From Verrucomicrobiaceae bacterium (lineage in GTDB: Bacteria > Verrucomicrobiota > Verrucomicrobiia > Verrucomicrobiales > Akkermansiaceae), in the NCBI GenBank assembly GCA_051252135.1, contig JBPOGH010000024.1, forward strand, positions 1 through 50,493: a DNA stretch of 50,493 nt, read 5' to 3'. Below are positions 20,301-28,670 of this stretch, piece after piece. Position numbers and translations under genes: made by a program. Each line of letters starts with the position of its first letter. Positions within the stretch are counted from its first letter, which is position 1. The notes below the pieces were generated by a model. That model searched no databases and was not told where the DNA came from. It saw only the letters and a program-made list of their open reading frames with translations.

Positions 20301-21571
20301 CCATGAAGTCCATGGCCTTCACCAGCGACACCATGTATGGCTCAAATCTCGTCGGTGGCCGCGCCGCCTTCCTCGAGCAAATCTCAGCCGACCCCGCCAT
20401 CCCCACCACCCCCACCATTTCCTACTCAGGCTTCGCCAACTTTCCCGTCGGATCACTCTCCTTCGACACCACCGCCTTCGCCGACCCGCAAGGCTCCGGA
20501 ACCTTCGCCGCCCTCGAGTGGCGCATCGCCGAAGTCTCCGCTCCCACCGCTCTCCCCGCCGACCGCGCCTTCGAGTGGAACGCTTCTTGGACCTCCGGAG
20601 AAATCACCTCCTTCAATTCCTCCATCTCCCCTCCCGCCGTCGCCACCAAGGCCGGCAGCACCTACCGCGCCCGCGTCCGTCATCAGGACATGACCGGCAA
20701 CTGGAGCCACTGGTCCGCCCCCCTCGAGTTCACCGCCTCCATCCCGGACCTCTCCCTCTTCACTTCCTCTCTCGTCATCAGCGAGATCATGTATCACCCC
20801 TCCGATCCCACTCCCTCCGAAATCGCCGCCGGATTCGATGACGACGATTTCTTCGAGTTCATCGAAATCCGAAACGTCAGCACAAACACCGTCGACCTCA
20901 CCGACATCCGCTTCACAAAAGGCGTCGACTTCGACTTCGCCGGCAGCGCCATCACCTCCCTCGCTCCCGGCGAATACGTTCTCGTCGTCGAACACGTCGC
21001 CGCTTTCGAAATGCGCTACGGCACCGGTCACCCCGTCGCCGGCGCCTGGTCCGGCAAGCTCGATAACTTCTCCGAGCGCATCAAGCTCTCCTACGGATCG
21101 GGCGAGCCCGTCATCGACTTCACCTACTTCGATTCCGGCCCCTGGCCCGCTGCCGCCGATGGCTCAGGAAGCAGCATGACCCTCGTCCATCCCGGCTCCC
21201 TCCCCGATCCCTCCAACGGCCTCCAATGGCGCGCCAGCGCACCCACCCCCGGCAGCACCGACACCACCACCTTCCCCGGAGGAACCCCCGCCGCCCTCCT
21301 CACCTACGCCACCGGAAACACCTCCTCATCCACCGCCATCCTCCCCGATGGAAATGTCTCCTTCACCGTCACCGTCAACCAACTCGCCGATGATCTCGAA
21401 GCCATCCTCCAGCGCTCCACCGACCTCAACGACTGGTCCCTCACCTCACCCGTCTTGACCCTCACCTCCGTCACGCCCACCTCCGGAGACTTCGCTGAGC
21501 TCACCTTCACCACCTCCACGCCTCCTCCAAACACCAAGCTCTTCCTCCGCTACTTCTTCTCCACCAACTAG
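17375..21571 (+). CDS. Secreted LamG + lamin-tail domain + CotH kinase family protein
   Basis: Signal peptide; LIAHWRFDE (LamG); LVINEIHYDP and LVISEIMYHP (lamin-tail domains); KRSLRFRFNRG, IIPHDHDASW (CotH-like). Confidence 0.85.
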   Translation: MPTRTLLLSLASALILSNVHADLIAHWRFDESSGTTATEEINSNNGTWVPGIDTTPDWRPTEGLLGGAVELPGNGTHLNFFSTAGFSPLNGTPDGMSISVWVKPNGNSGYRGILMTRTVSDSVGGSATQNYGLAHDSTGADGRVSGQSVDSAAGSLVSSTEWIHVCWVWDNQAGNQRIYINGVQSGPTQTSSGAPANLDILSNGEWRIGDDACCPNRNFDGFIDDLGAWDEPLSANRVQQLYQNGLNGFAIGESPGATPLNVGLVINEIHYDPEDKTDPVEFIELLNTNATPLDLDGLTFSNGVTFTFPPSTTIASTEHILITENAAALNAAFSTIPSGTQIFEFTGSLSNDGETITLINSSGAVIDTVDYQSSFPWPISPNGEGDSMQLTIATLDNDLGGAWKGAIPTPGETNANFSTAVAPLIRQVNHTPTTPTSSQATVITTKVTDSDGVASVNLLYQIVAPGAYIPAYLPNDYSTLTSSPSTPQSPNPAFEDPANWTTLAMVDNGTNGDLLAGDSIFTATIPAQINRTLVRYRIVSEDTLTDSIRAPFADDPSLNFAYFVYNGVPAYTSSTTTHSVETLTSLPVYTMITRDDDRAYAFAYSTTGDSSFQIPKGNVAARQVYNWGCSLVYDGVVYDHLGWRLRQRNDRYAGNGKRSLRFRFNRGSYFQARDEDGSKLPVKWRRMNTSKMSRFGGTNSYGLYETMNSKLWRMVGVEAPYFLPAHFRMIDGTDEAPDQYNGDFFGFTTVVQDIDGRLLDERKLPDGNMYKLKDGVTNPLELQRNQAATAVSDASDFTNIKDNLNATQNESWLLDHVDWDQWNRYHAVVEAVRHYDYGTPSTHFKNRAWYFTPGGSSFGRLRIIPHDHDASWSKGYHDNLNDVGNSIGTGFPWAAIFGANTRPPAGPESPNLTRNYRNFIREFRDLLWQEETVNTILDDHSEFLSAFTLADQDRWKDAPAAAGDESMVDIEALLPAMKSMAFTSDTMYGSNLVGGRAAFLEQISADPAIPTTPTISYSGFANFPVGSLSFDTTAFADPQGSGTFAALEWRIAEVSAPTALPADRAFEWNASWTSGEITSFNSSISPPAVATKAGSTYRARVRHQDMTGNWSHWSAPLEFTASIPDLSLFTSSLVISEIMYHPSDPTPSEIAAGFDDDDFFEFIEIRNVSTNTVDLTDIRFTKGVDFDFAGSAITSLAPGEYVLVVEHVAAFEMRYGTGHPVAGAWSGKLDNFSERIKLSYGSGEPVIDFTYFDSGPWPAAADGSGSSMTLVHPGSLPDPSNGLQWRASAPTPGSTDTTTFPGGTPAALLTYATGNTSSSTAILPDGNVSFTVTVNQLADDLEAILQRSTDLNDWSLTSPVLTLTSVTPTSGDFAELTFTTSTPPPNTKLFLRYFFSTN

Positions 21572-21640
21572 GGCAGGGACCGGCTTTGCCTTCGGCGATC
21601 TCCGCATTCGCTCCGGTTCCGAGCCGTCCGGCTGCTTCCA
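21572..21640. repeat. REP-like repeat, family B (longer copy; shorter copy at 34552-34588)
   Basis: Both copies start GGCAGGGAC and end TCCG(A/G)GCC(G/C)TCCGGCTGCTTCCA, and both lie just after a stop codon. Confidence 0.55.
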
Positions 21641-21759
21641 TCAACAACCCACTCGGCACCTCCTCAAACCAAAAATTTTCGCATCAAAGCTCTTTGAAAA
21701 AATCTGCGCAAATCTTCTTAATCTGCGGATCAAATCTTCTCTTCCAATATTCCCAACCC

Positions 21760-23679
21760 CTAATCCCTTAACTTCAAACTCACCGCCTCCGCATCATAGA
21801 CGCATCCGCCCCAACTCCCCCCGCTTGCATTCTGCAGCGCCGCCCAAAGCTTCGTATCCTCCGGCAAATCCGGATGCACCCGCACTTCCGGATGCAAGTC
21901 CCGCGACATCAGCTCTTCCATATCCCCAAGGAAATCAATCGCCCCCTCCAGCGTCCCTGTATCAATCCGCACCCGCACCGGATCACCATCACGCAACTTC
22001 CCGATCGGTCCACCCGCCAAGGCCTCCGGACTCACATGCCCGATGCAAGCCCCCGTTGACACCCCGGAAAAACGCCCGTCCGTCACCAACGCCACCTCTT
22101 TCCCGACCTCGCAATATTTCAAGGCCGAGGTCACCTGATACGTCTCCGGCATCCCCGCCCCCATCGGCCCAATCCCGGCTAAAATGATCACGTCCTTCGC
22201 CCGGATCCGATCATCCCCCTGCGACTTCACCGCCGTGATCGCCGCCGCCTCACTCCCAAAGACCCGCGCCTTTCCCTCAATCAAATAAATCCCGTCCCCA
22301 TCAATCATCGACGGATCAATCGCCGTGCTCTTCACCACGCTCCCCTCCGGTGCCAGATTCCCCTGCGGAAAAGTCACCGTGCTCGAGAGCCCCTTGTCCA
22401 ACGACCGAATCACCTCGTCGGGATCAATCCCATCTAATTCAAAAAGCCGCTCCCGCACCCGCTTTCTCCGCTCCGAACTCTCCCACCATTCCAAATTCTC
22501 TCCCAAAGGCTGCCCACTCACCGTCAGCACCTCCAAATCCAAAAACTCCCTCAGCTTCAACATCGCCTCCGGCACTCCTCCCGCCAAAAACACCTGCACC
22601 GTCGCAAACCCCTTCGGCCCGTTCGGCAGCGCATCCACGATCCGAGGCACCAACGCATTCGCCTTCTGCCAATCACTCACATCCGGACGCCTCAGCCCCG
22701 CCGCATGCGCAATCGCCGGCAGATGCAAAATCAGATTCGTCGACCCCCCAAAGGCCGCATGCATCACCATCGCATTCTGCAGCGATCTCTCCGTCAAAAT
22801 CTCCTTCATCGGATAACTCAATTCCATCGCCGCCCGACCACTCCGCGTCGCCAAGTCCCTCCAAATCTGCGCCCCGCTCGGACTCAACGCACTGTGCGGC
22901 AAACTCATTCCCAAGGCCTCCCCCATCACCTGGCTCGATGCCGCCGTCCCCAGAAACTGACACCCGCCACCCGGACTCGCACACGCCCGACACGCCGTCG
23001 CCGCCGCCTCTCCCAAGCTCACTTCGCCATGGGCATACCGCGCTCCCAGCGACTGCACTTTCCCCAGATCTTCCGTATCCTCGCTCAAAAGACTCACCCC
23101 GCCCGGCACCAACACACTCGGCAAATGCCCGCACCCCGCCAGCGCCATCATCATCGCCGGCAAGCCCTTGTCACAAGTCGCCACCCCCACCACGCCCTTC
23201 GCCGTCGGCAAAGAACGAATCAACCGACGCATCACCATCGCCGCATCATTGCGAAACGGCAGCGAATCCATCATCCCCTTCGTTCCCTGCGTCCGCCCAT
23301 CGCACGGATCACTGCAGAACCCCGCAAAAGGCACCCCCTCAAGCCGCGCCACCTCATTCGCCACCGCCTCCATCAACAACCCCACCTCCCAATGCCCCGA
23401 GTGATACCCCAGCGCCGTCGGCGTCCCGTCCGGCTGACGAATCCCGCCCTGCGTCGATAAAATAAGAATCTCCTTCTTCCCCCAACCCGCCGCCTTCCAC
23501 CCCATCCCCACATTCTGCATCCACCCAAAAAGATCCCCGCTCGTCCCCTTCGTCAAATCATCCCCCGAGATCGGCAGCTCACCCTCAGGCCCCGCCGCCC
23601 GCGTAATCACCTCATCAATCCCCTCGTCTCCCGATTCCAATATCTCCTTCACCCCCCCATCATCTCCAATTCCCCCCAC
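21760..23679 (-). CDS. YjhG/YagF family D-xylonate dehydratase (IlvD/Edd superfamily)
   Basis: [88 protein letters not shown]. Confidence 0.9.
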   Translation of the reverse strand: MGGIGDDGGVKEILESGDEGIDEVITRAAGPEGELPISGDDLTKGTSGDLFGWMQNVGMGWKAAGWGKKEILILSTQGGIRQPDGTPTALGYHSGHWEVGLLMEAVANEVARLEGVPFAGFCSDPCDGRTQGTKGMMDSLPFRNDAAMVMRRLIRSLPTAKGVVGVATCDKGLPAMMMALAGCGHLPSVLVPGGVSLLSEDTEDLGKVQSLGARYAHGEVSLGEAAATACRACASPGGGCQFLGTAASSQVMGEALGMSLPHSALSPSGAQIWRDLATRSGRAAMELSYPMKEILTERSLQNAMVMHAAFGGSTNLILHLPAIAHAAGLRRPDVSDWQKANALVPRIVDALPNGPKGFATVQVFLAGGVPEAMLKLREFLDLEVLTVSGQPLGENLEWWESSERRKRVRERLFELDGIDPDEVIRSLDKGLSSTVTFPQGNLAPEGSVVKSTAIDPSMIDGDGIYLIEGKARVFGSEAAAITAVKSQGDDRIRAKDVIILAGIGPMGAGMPETYQVTSALKYCEVGKEVALVTDGRFSGVSTGACIGHVSPEALAGGPIGKLRDGDPVRVRIDTGTLEGAIDFLGDMEELMSRDLHPEVRVHPDLPEDTKLWAALQNASGGSWGGCVYDAEAVSLKLRD

Positions 23680-23698
23680 CCCACAATTTCAAACCGCT

Positions 23699-23880
23699 CC
23701 CCCCTCAACCAACCCCCTCAACCAACCCCCTCAACCACCCCCCTCAACCACCCCCCTCAACCAACCCTCAACCAAATCCCATCCATCCTGTCCATCTGCG
23801 GTTAATAACCCCTCAACCACCCCCTCAACCCAATCCCATCCATCCTGTCCATCTGCGGTTAACAAACCCTCAACCAAGCC
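23699..23880. repeat. Low-complexity intergenic repeat cluster
   Basis: Multiple CCCCTCAACC(A) units plus two copies of AATCCCATCCATCCTGTCCATCTGCGGTTAA. Confidence 0.8.
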
Positions 23881-24708
23881 CTACCCCACCACATTCTCCA
23901 GCTCCCCCAACCCCTCAATTCCAATCCGCACCACATCCCCGACCGTCAAGGTAAAGTCCGTCCCCGGCACCACCCCCGTCCCCGTCATCAACAACGCCCC
24001 CTTCGGAAAATCCAGCTCCCGATAAAGATACTCCACCAATTCCTCAACCGACCTCTTCAGCTGCCCCACATCCGTCGTCCCCAAAAACACCTGCTCCCCC
24101 CCGCGCTCAATCTCCAACCGAATCTCCGCTCCTTCCGCCAGCGCTTCCCGACCAATCGTCAGACACGGACCCACCGCACAACTCCCCCGATAAACCTTCG
24201 CCTGCGGCAAATAGAGCGGATTCTCCCCCTCAATCGACCGCGAACTCACATCGTTCCCGATCGTAAACCCAAAAATCTCCCCCGCCGCATTGATCGCCAG
24301 CGTCAACTCCGGCTCCGGCACATCCCAGCTCGAATCCTCCCGCACCCGGATTACCCCCCCCGGACCCACCGCCCGATACCCCATCGACTTAAAGAACAAC
24401 TCCGGCCGCTCCGCATCATACACCAAATCATAAAAGACATCCCCCCCCGCCTTCTCCGATTCCTCCATCCGCGCACTCTTCGACCGCAAATAAGTCACCC
24501 CCGCCGCCCAAATCTCCGTATCCCCCGGCACCGGCGCCAACACCCCACCCAGCTCCCCTTCCTCACTCAACCCCTCCAGAATCCCGGACACCTCACCCCT
24601 CCCCGAAGCAAACAAGCGCTCCAGCAACCCATCCCCTCCGGCCAAAACCCCATTCTCATTCTCCAAAAAATCTCCCGCTGTCGTCCGATAAACTTTCACG
24701 CCCGCCAC
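23881..24708 (-). CDS. Fumarylacetoacetate hydrolase family protein, probable 2-keto-3-deoxy-xylonate dehydratase
   Basis: [65 protein letters not shown]; upstream of the xylonate dehydratase gene. Confidence 0.85.
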   Translation of the reverse strand: MAGVKVYRTTAGDFLENENGVLAGGDGLLERLFASGRGEVSGILEGLSEEGELGGVLAPVPGDTEIWAAGVTYLRSKSARMEESEKAGGDVFYDLVYDAERPELFFKSMGYRAVGPGGVIRVREDSSWDVPEPELTLAINAAGEIFGFTIGNDVSSRSIEGENPLYLPQAKVYRGSCAVGPCLTIGREALAEGAEIRLEIERGGEQVFLGTTDVGQLKRSVEELVEYLYRELDFPKGALLMTGTGVVPGTDFTLTVGDVVRIGIEGLGELENVVG

Positions 24709-24781
24709 TCAACACTCCCCTCCCCAACGCGTCGAGAACTCATCACCCCGTTATGAGCACATTCACCCACCTTAAATTTTT

Positions 24782-24825
24782 TGTATTACATGTTTGACGC
24801 CCCCTCCGCCTAATGTAGAACATTA
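24782..24825 (+). promoter_or_regulatory. Putative promoter/operator of first PEP-CTERM gene (TGTATTAC-N3-TTTGAC; TAATGT-AGA-ACATTA palindrome)
   Basis: TTGACG -35-like hexamer at 24794; the same 17-bp motif recurs at 25837-25853. Confidence 0.45.
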
Positions 24826-24888
24826 TTGATGAGGCTTTCGCTAAGTAATTTTCGAACAAGCCCAGCAACACAGTAGAACCAAACAATC

Positions 24889-25761
24889 ATGAAACCTATA
24901 CACACTCTCACTCTAAGCGCCCTCATCGCAAATCCGGCTTCCGCCGTTACCGTCGTTTCTAAGGTAGTCGATGACGGTTGGCTCTTTAACCAGACAAACC
25001 GGGACGAGCTCATCCTCAACAATACCGGCTCAAACACTGGACGCTGGGCCGCCGCTCGCTTTGATACCGCAATCCTCTCTGCTCAAGCCTTCACTGATTC
25101 CGGTCAATACACCCTTACTTCTGCAACCCTCACATTGCAGGAAGATGCCTCACGGGACGCAAACAACGGCACCCTATCAGGTCGGGTGGGAGCAGCCTTT
25201 TACGACACCGCGGCAAATGACGACTGGACCGCTACTACCGCACCTACGGGCGGTTGGAGTGGCAATACCGGCGGGAGACCAGGTAATCATGGGACCACTG
25301 GAATCAGCAACATCGACGAGCGCTCCAATGGAGCCGCCGCTCTCACCGTCGGCCTCACCTCTCCCGCTACCGCTGGAGACGGCACCTCATGGGTGAATCA
25401 TACCTTCACCACCTCAAACTCTGCTGAGACCGCTACCATCGACCTCACCAACGGTGGCGCTACTCTGACTGACATTCAAAGCGTCTTGGCGAGTTGGGTA
25501 GCTGGCAATAACGCTGGCCTCCTTCTCGCAGGCGAATTTGGCAACCAGTCATTCTGGGGAGCCAATGACGTTGCTTCAGGGAACTCTGTTGGCTCAACCA
25601 TCGACGGTGTCGCCACCTCCAGCGGAAATTCACTCGAAGCCGGAAACGGCGAAGCCGGTCGCGGAGCTTTCCTCACTCTTGAATTCACTGCCATTCCCGA
25701 GCCCAGCACCGGACTCGTCGGAGCCCTCGCTGGCCTGATGCTCCTCCGCCGCCGCCGCTAG
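24889..25761 (+). CDS. PEP-CTERM sorting domain protein
   Basis: Signal peptide; C-terminal IPEPSTGLVGALAGLMLLRRRR. Confidence 0.9.
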   Translation: MKPIHTLTLSALIANPASAVTVVSKVVDDGWLFNQTNRDELILNNTGSNTGRWAAARFDTAILSAQAFTDSGQYTLTSATLTLQEDASRDANNGTLSGRVGAAFYDTAANDDWTATTAPTGGWSGNTGGRPGNHGTTGISNIDERSNGAAALTVGLTSPATAGDGTSWVNHTFTTSNSAETATIDLTNGGATLTDIQSVLASWVAGNNAGLLLAGEFGNQSFWGANDVASGNSVGSTIDGVATSSGNSLEAGNGEAGRGAFLTLEFTAIPEPSTGLVGALAGLMLLRRRR

Positions 25762-25787
25762 TCTCCGGATCACTCCGATTCTTCTTC

Positions 25788-25823
25788 AAAACGTGTTCCC
25801 GCCCGACGGGAACACGTTTTTTT
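25788..25823 (+). terminator. Rho-independent terminator
   Basis: AAAACGTGTTCCC-loop-GGGAACACGTTTT followed by T tract. Confidence 0.85.
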
Positions 25824-25836
25824 ACCTCTTAAAACC

Positions 25837-25853
25837 TGTATTACTGATTTGAC
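25837..25853 (+). promoter_or_regulatory. Second copy of TGTATTAC-N3-TTTGAC upstream motif
   Basis: Matches 24782-24798 at 14 of 17 positions; upstream of the second PEP-CTERM gene. Confidence 0.4.
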
Positions 25854-25947
25854 CTCTCCCATTCAACCTGAGACCCTTTTCAGTGATTTAAAAACGCATC
25901 GTGAGCATTTTCGCCACCATGCCTCTCTTCATCGAATACCTATCACC

Positions 25948-26769
25948 ATGAATACAAAACAACTCCTCGCTCTCATCGGAGCCACCTCAACCATCACCGC
26001 CGGCCTCAGCAACGCCGCCCTCGTTGCCCACTACAAGTTTGACGAAGGATCAGGAACCACCGCTGCCGATAGCGCCGGTGGTGACCAAAATGCCGCCACC
26101 AACCAAGGCACCGTCGGATGGCTGACCGGTGGTAAAATCGGTGGCGCCCTCGATCTCCCCGGCAACGCCTCCATGCAAGCAGCTGATGCCATCGGCGCCG
26201 GAGCCACCGCCTTCACCATCTCCATTTGGGTCAACATGGATGACACTCCCGGATACGATGGCATTTACAGTGCGCGTAACACCGAAAACTGGGGCCTCAA
26301 TGTCAATGGTGGCAACGCCGCTGCACTGGCCTTCGACTATCGCTACGACAACCCGCCAATCAACGGTGGTGGCAGTCAGGGGCTCGATTCCCCCGCCGGA
26401 AGTGCCGTCGTCGGAACCTGGCACCATGTCGCCATGACTTGGGCGACCGATGGCGTCAACTCTTCCGGCGCAATCTACCTCGACGGTGTTAACGTGGGAA
26501 CAGCCCCCACCAATGCCGCCATCGAATACTCCGGCCACCTTTCCACCTGGAACATCGGTGACGATCCCTGCTGCGGAGGCCGCGAGCTCAATGCCCAACT
26601 CGACGACCTCGCCGTCTGGGACGAAGCCCTCTCCGATGCTCAAATCGCTCAAATCTTCAATGGTGGAAACGCCGGCCTCGACGCCCCGACCGCTCTCACT
26701 GTCCCCGAGCCCGCCACCGGACTCCTCAGCGCACTCGCTGCCCTGACCCTCCTGCGCCGCCGCCGCTAA
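25948..26769 (+). CDS. LamG-domain PEP-CTERM protein
   Basis: Start ATG 25948 (MNTKQLLALIG); LVAHYKFDEGSG, WHHVAMTW, LDDLAVWDEALS; VPEPATGLLSALAALTLLRRRR. Confidence 0.9.
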   Translation: MNTKQLLALIGATSTITAGLSNAALVAHYKFDEGSGTTAADSAGGDQNAATNQGTVGWLTGGKIGGALDLPGNASMQAADAIGAGATAFTISIWVNMDDTPGYDGIYSARNTENWGLNVNGGNAAALAFDYRYDNPPINGGGSQGLDSPAGSAVVGTWHHVAMTWATDGVNSSGAIYLDGVNVGTAPTNAAIEYSGHLSTWNIGDDPCCGGRELNAQLDDLAVWDEALSDAQIAQIFNGGNAGLDAPTALTVPEPATGLLSALAALTLLRRRR

Positions 26770-26793
26770 TCGGTCGCCACGCAATCAAATCTC

Positions 26794-26828
26794 AAAACGC
26801 GTTCCCTTTCCGGGTGCGCGTTTTTTTT
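26794..26828 (+). terminator. Rho-independent terminator (possibly bidirectional)
   Basis: AAAACGCGTTCCC-TTTCC-GGGTGCGCGTTTTTTTT between convergent genes. Confidence 0.7.
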
Positions 26829-26834
26829 GGGAAC

Positions 26835-27230
26835 CTACTTTGGCTCCTCCATCTGTTTCAGCAAAATCCGCAACGCCCCGCCGGAAATCACCACCTCGAT
26901 CACCAGCGAGGCCAAGGACAAACTCATGATCACCACCGCCGCAAAAAAAGTCACATTCGCCACCATCTGACTGCTCACAAAAATCGCAATCATCGAGATC
27001 ACACAAAGAAACAAACTCAACGCCCCCAGCAGCTGCATCCACCGAATCAACACCAACCGCGCCCGCAAGTTACTGATCTGCTCCTTAATCCCTTCCTCAT
27101 GATTCCTCAGCCAATCCCCGTGCAACTTCCGCACCAGCGCCGCCAAATGCAAAAACCGATTCGTGTAGGAAAGAAACAACAAACTCACCGCCGGAAAAAG
27201 CAATGCCGGCGTCGAAATCTCAAGCGTCAT
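26835..27230 (-). CDS. DUF2721 family small membrane protein
   Basis: STPALLFPAVSLLFLSYTNRFLHLAALVRKLH...QISNLRARLVLIRWMQ...EVVISGGAL; start ATG 27230. Confidence 0.82.
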   Translation of the reverse strand: MTLEISTPALLFPAVSLLFLSYTNRFLHLAALVRKLHGDWLRNHEEGIKEQISNLRARLVLIRWMQLLGALSLFLCVISMIAIFVSSQMVANVTFFAAVVIMSLSLASLVIEVVISGGALRILLKQMEEPK

Positions 27231-27296
27231 GCCCCAATTCTGCCTCACCTTCCCGGATTGGCAATCCGCTAAGCACTGCTAATCTTCCTCCATCCC

Positions 27297-28664
27297 ATGA
27301 AACTCTTTCTCGTCCTCCTCTGCATCCAACTCTCCTTCGCCGAAAAACCACCTCTCTATCAGGAGAAACTCCGACCCCGTTTCCACTTCACCGCCAACAC
27401 CGGCTACCTCAACGATCCCAACGGACTCTTCTTCCTCAACGGCACCTACCACCTCTTCTTCCAGCACGATGGCATCCGCGAAAAGAAATGGGGCCACGCC
27501 ACCTCCACCGACCTCCTCCACTGGACCCAGCACCCCGACGCCCTCGTCCCCCTCAACAACCACCCCGTCTTCTCCGGTTCCGCCGCCATCGATCACCTCA
27601 ACACCACCGGCTTCGGCACCGCCGAAAACCCGCCCGTTGTCGCCTGCTTCACCGAGTGGGGACTCGGCCAATCCCTCGCCTACTCCACCGACCAAGGTAA
27701 AACCTGGACCCGCTACTCCGGAAACCCCGTCCTCAAACGACCAAACGACGAAAAAGCCGACTTCGCCCTCTCCTCCCGCGACCCCCACATCATGTGGGAC
27801 GCCCCCCGTAGGCGCTGGGTCCTCGTCATGTTCGATAACCCCACCGGAAAGAAAAAATCATCAAACAACGACCACCGCCACGGCTTCTCCATCTTCACCT
27901 CGCCCAACCTCATCGACTGGACCTACCGCAGCCACCTCGACAACTTCTACGTCTGCCCCGACGTCTTCCAACTCCCACTCGAAAACACCGACACCACCAA
28001 ATGGATCGCCATGGACTGGGACCGCTACACCGTCGGCCACTTCGATGGCGAAACCTTCACCCCCCAACAACCCATCGCCCCCCTCGACCAAGGCCCCTCC
28101 CAATCCCTCTCCGCCAACCAAAGTTGGAAACACCTCCCCGACGGCCGCACCATCCAAATCTCCTGGATCCGCGACGGCAAATACCCCGGCATGCCCTTCG
28201 AGCAACAACTCAGCTTTCCCGTCGAACTCTCCCTCCGGCAAATCGGCGACCACACCCGCCTCTGCAAAAACCCCATCCGGGAGCTCCCAACCCTCTACGG
28301 AAAAAAGTCCACCCTCACCGGTAACACCATCCCCACCACCTCCCAAAGCTTCGACCTCCAGCTCGAAGCCACCCTCAAAAAAGACGACACCATCACCCTC
28401 CTCGTCCTCGGCCAATCCCTCACCATCTCCCAAACCTCCATCACCGTCCTCAACCAAAAAGGCACCCTCCACTCCCCCTTCCGAAACATCCGCATCCTCG
28501 CCGACCTCACCTCTCTCGAAATCTTCGCCAACGACGGCGAGACCACCATGACCTTCACCCTCCTCCCCCCGGGCACCCCCGCCAACATCACCCTCAAAAC
28601 CACCGGCACCCCCACCATCCAAAAAGCCCACCTCCACCCAATCAACTCCATCTGGAAACCATAA
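27297..28664 (+). CDS. GH32 family glycoside hydrolase-like protein (acid/base Glu replaced by Val)
   Basis: RPRFHF, YLNDPNG, WGHATSTDLLHW, FSGSA, RDP present; expected ECPD reads VCPD. Confidence 0.85.
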   Translation: MKLFLVLLCIQLSFAEKPPLYQEKLRPRFHFTANTGYLNDPNGLFFLNGTYHLFFQHDGIREKKWGHATSTDLLHWTQHPDALVPLNNHPVFSGSAAIDHLNTTGFGTAENPPVVACFTEWGLGQSLAYSTDQGKTWTRYSGNPVLKRPNDEKADFALSSRDPHIMWDAPRRRWVLVMFDNPTGKKKSSNNDHRHGFSIFTSPNLIDWTYRSHLDNFYVCPDVFQLPLENTDTTKWIAMDWDRYTVGHFDGETFTPQQPIAPLDQGPSQSLSANQSWKHLPDGRTIQISWIRDGKYPGMPFEQQLSFPVELSLRQIGDHTRLCKNPIRELPTLYGKKSTLTGNTIPTTSQSFDLQLEATLKKDDTITLLVLGQSLTISQTSITVLNQKGTLHSPFRNIRILADLTSLEIFANDGETTMTFTLLPPGTPANITLKTTGTPTIQKAHLHPINSIWKP

Positions 28665-28670
28665 CCCCTC

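Noticed and set aside
23699..23880. CRISPR or iteron array
   Set aside because: Low-complexity C-rich units with only two longer duplicates; no unique spacers and no rep gene.
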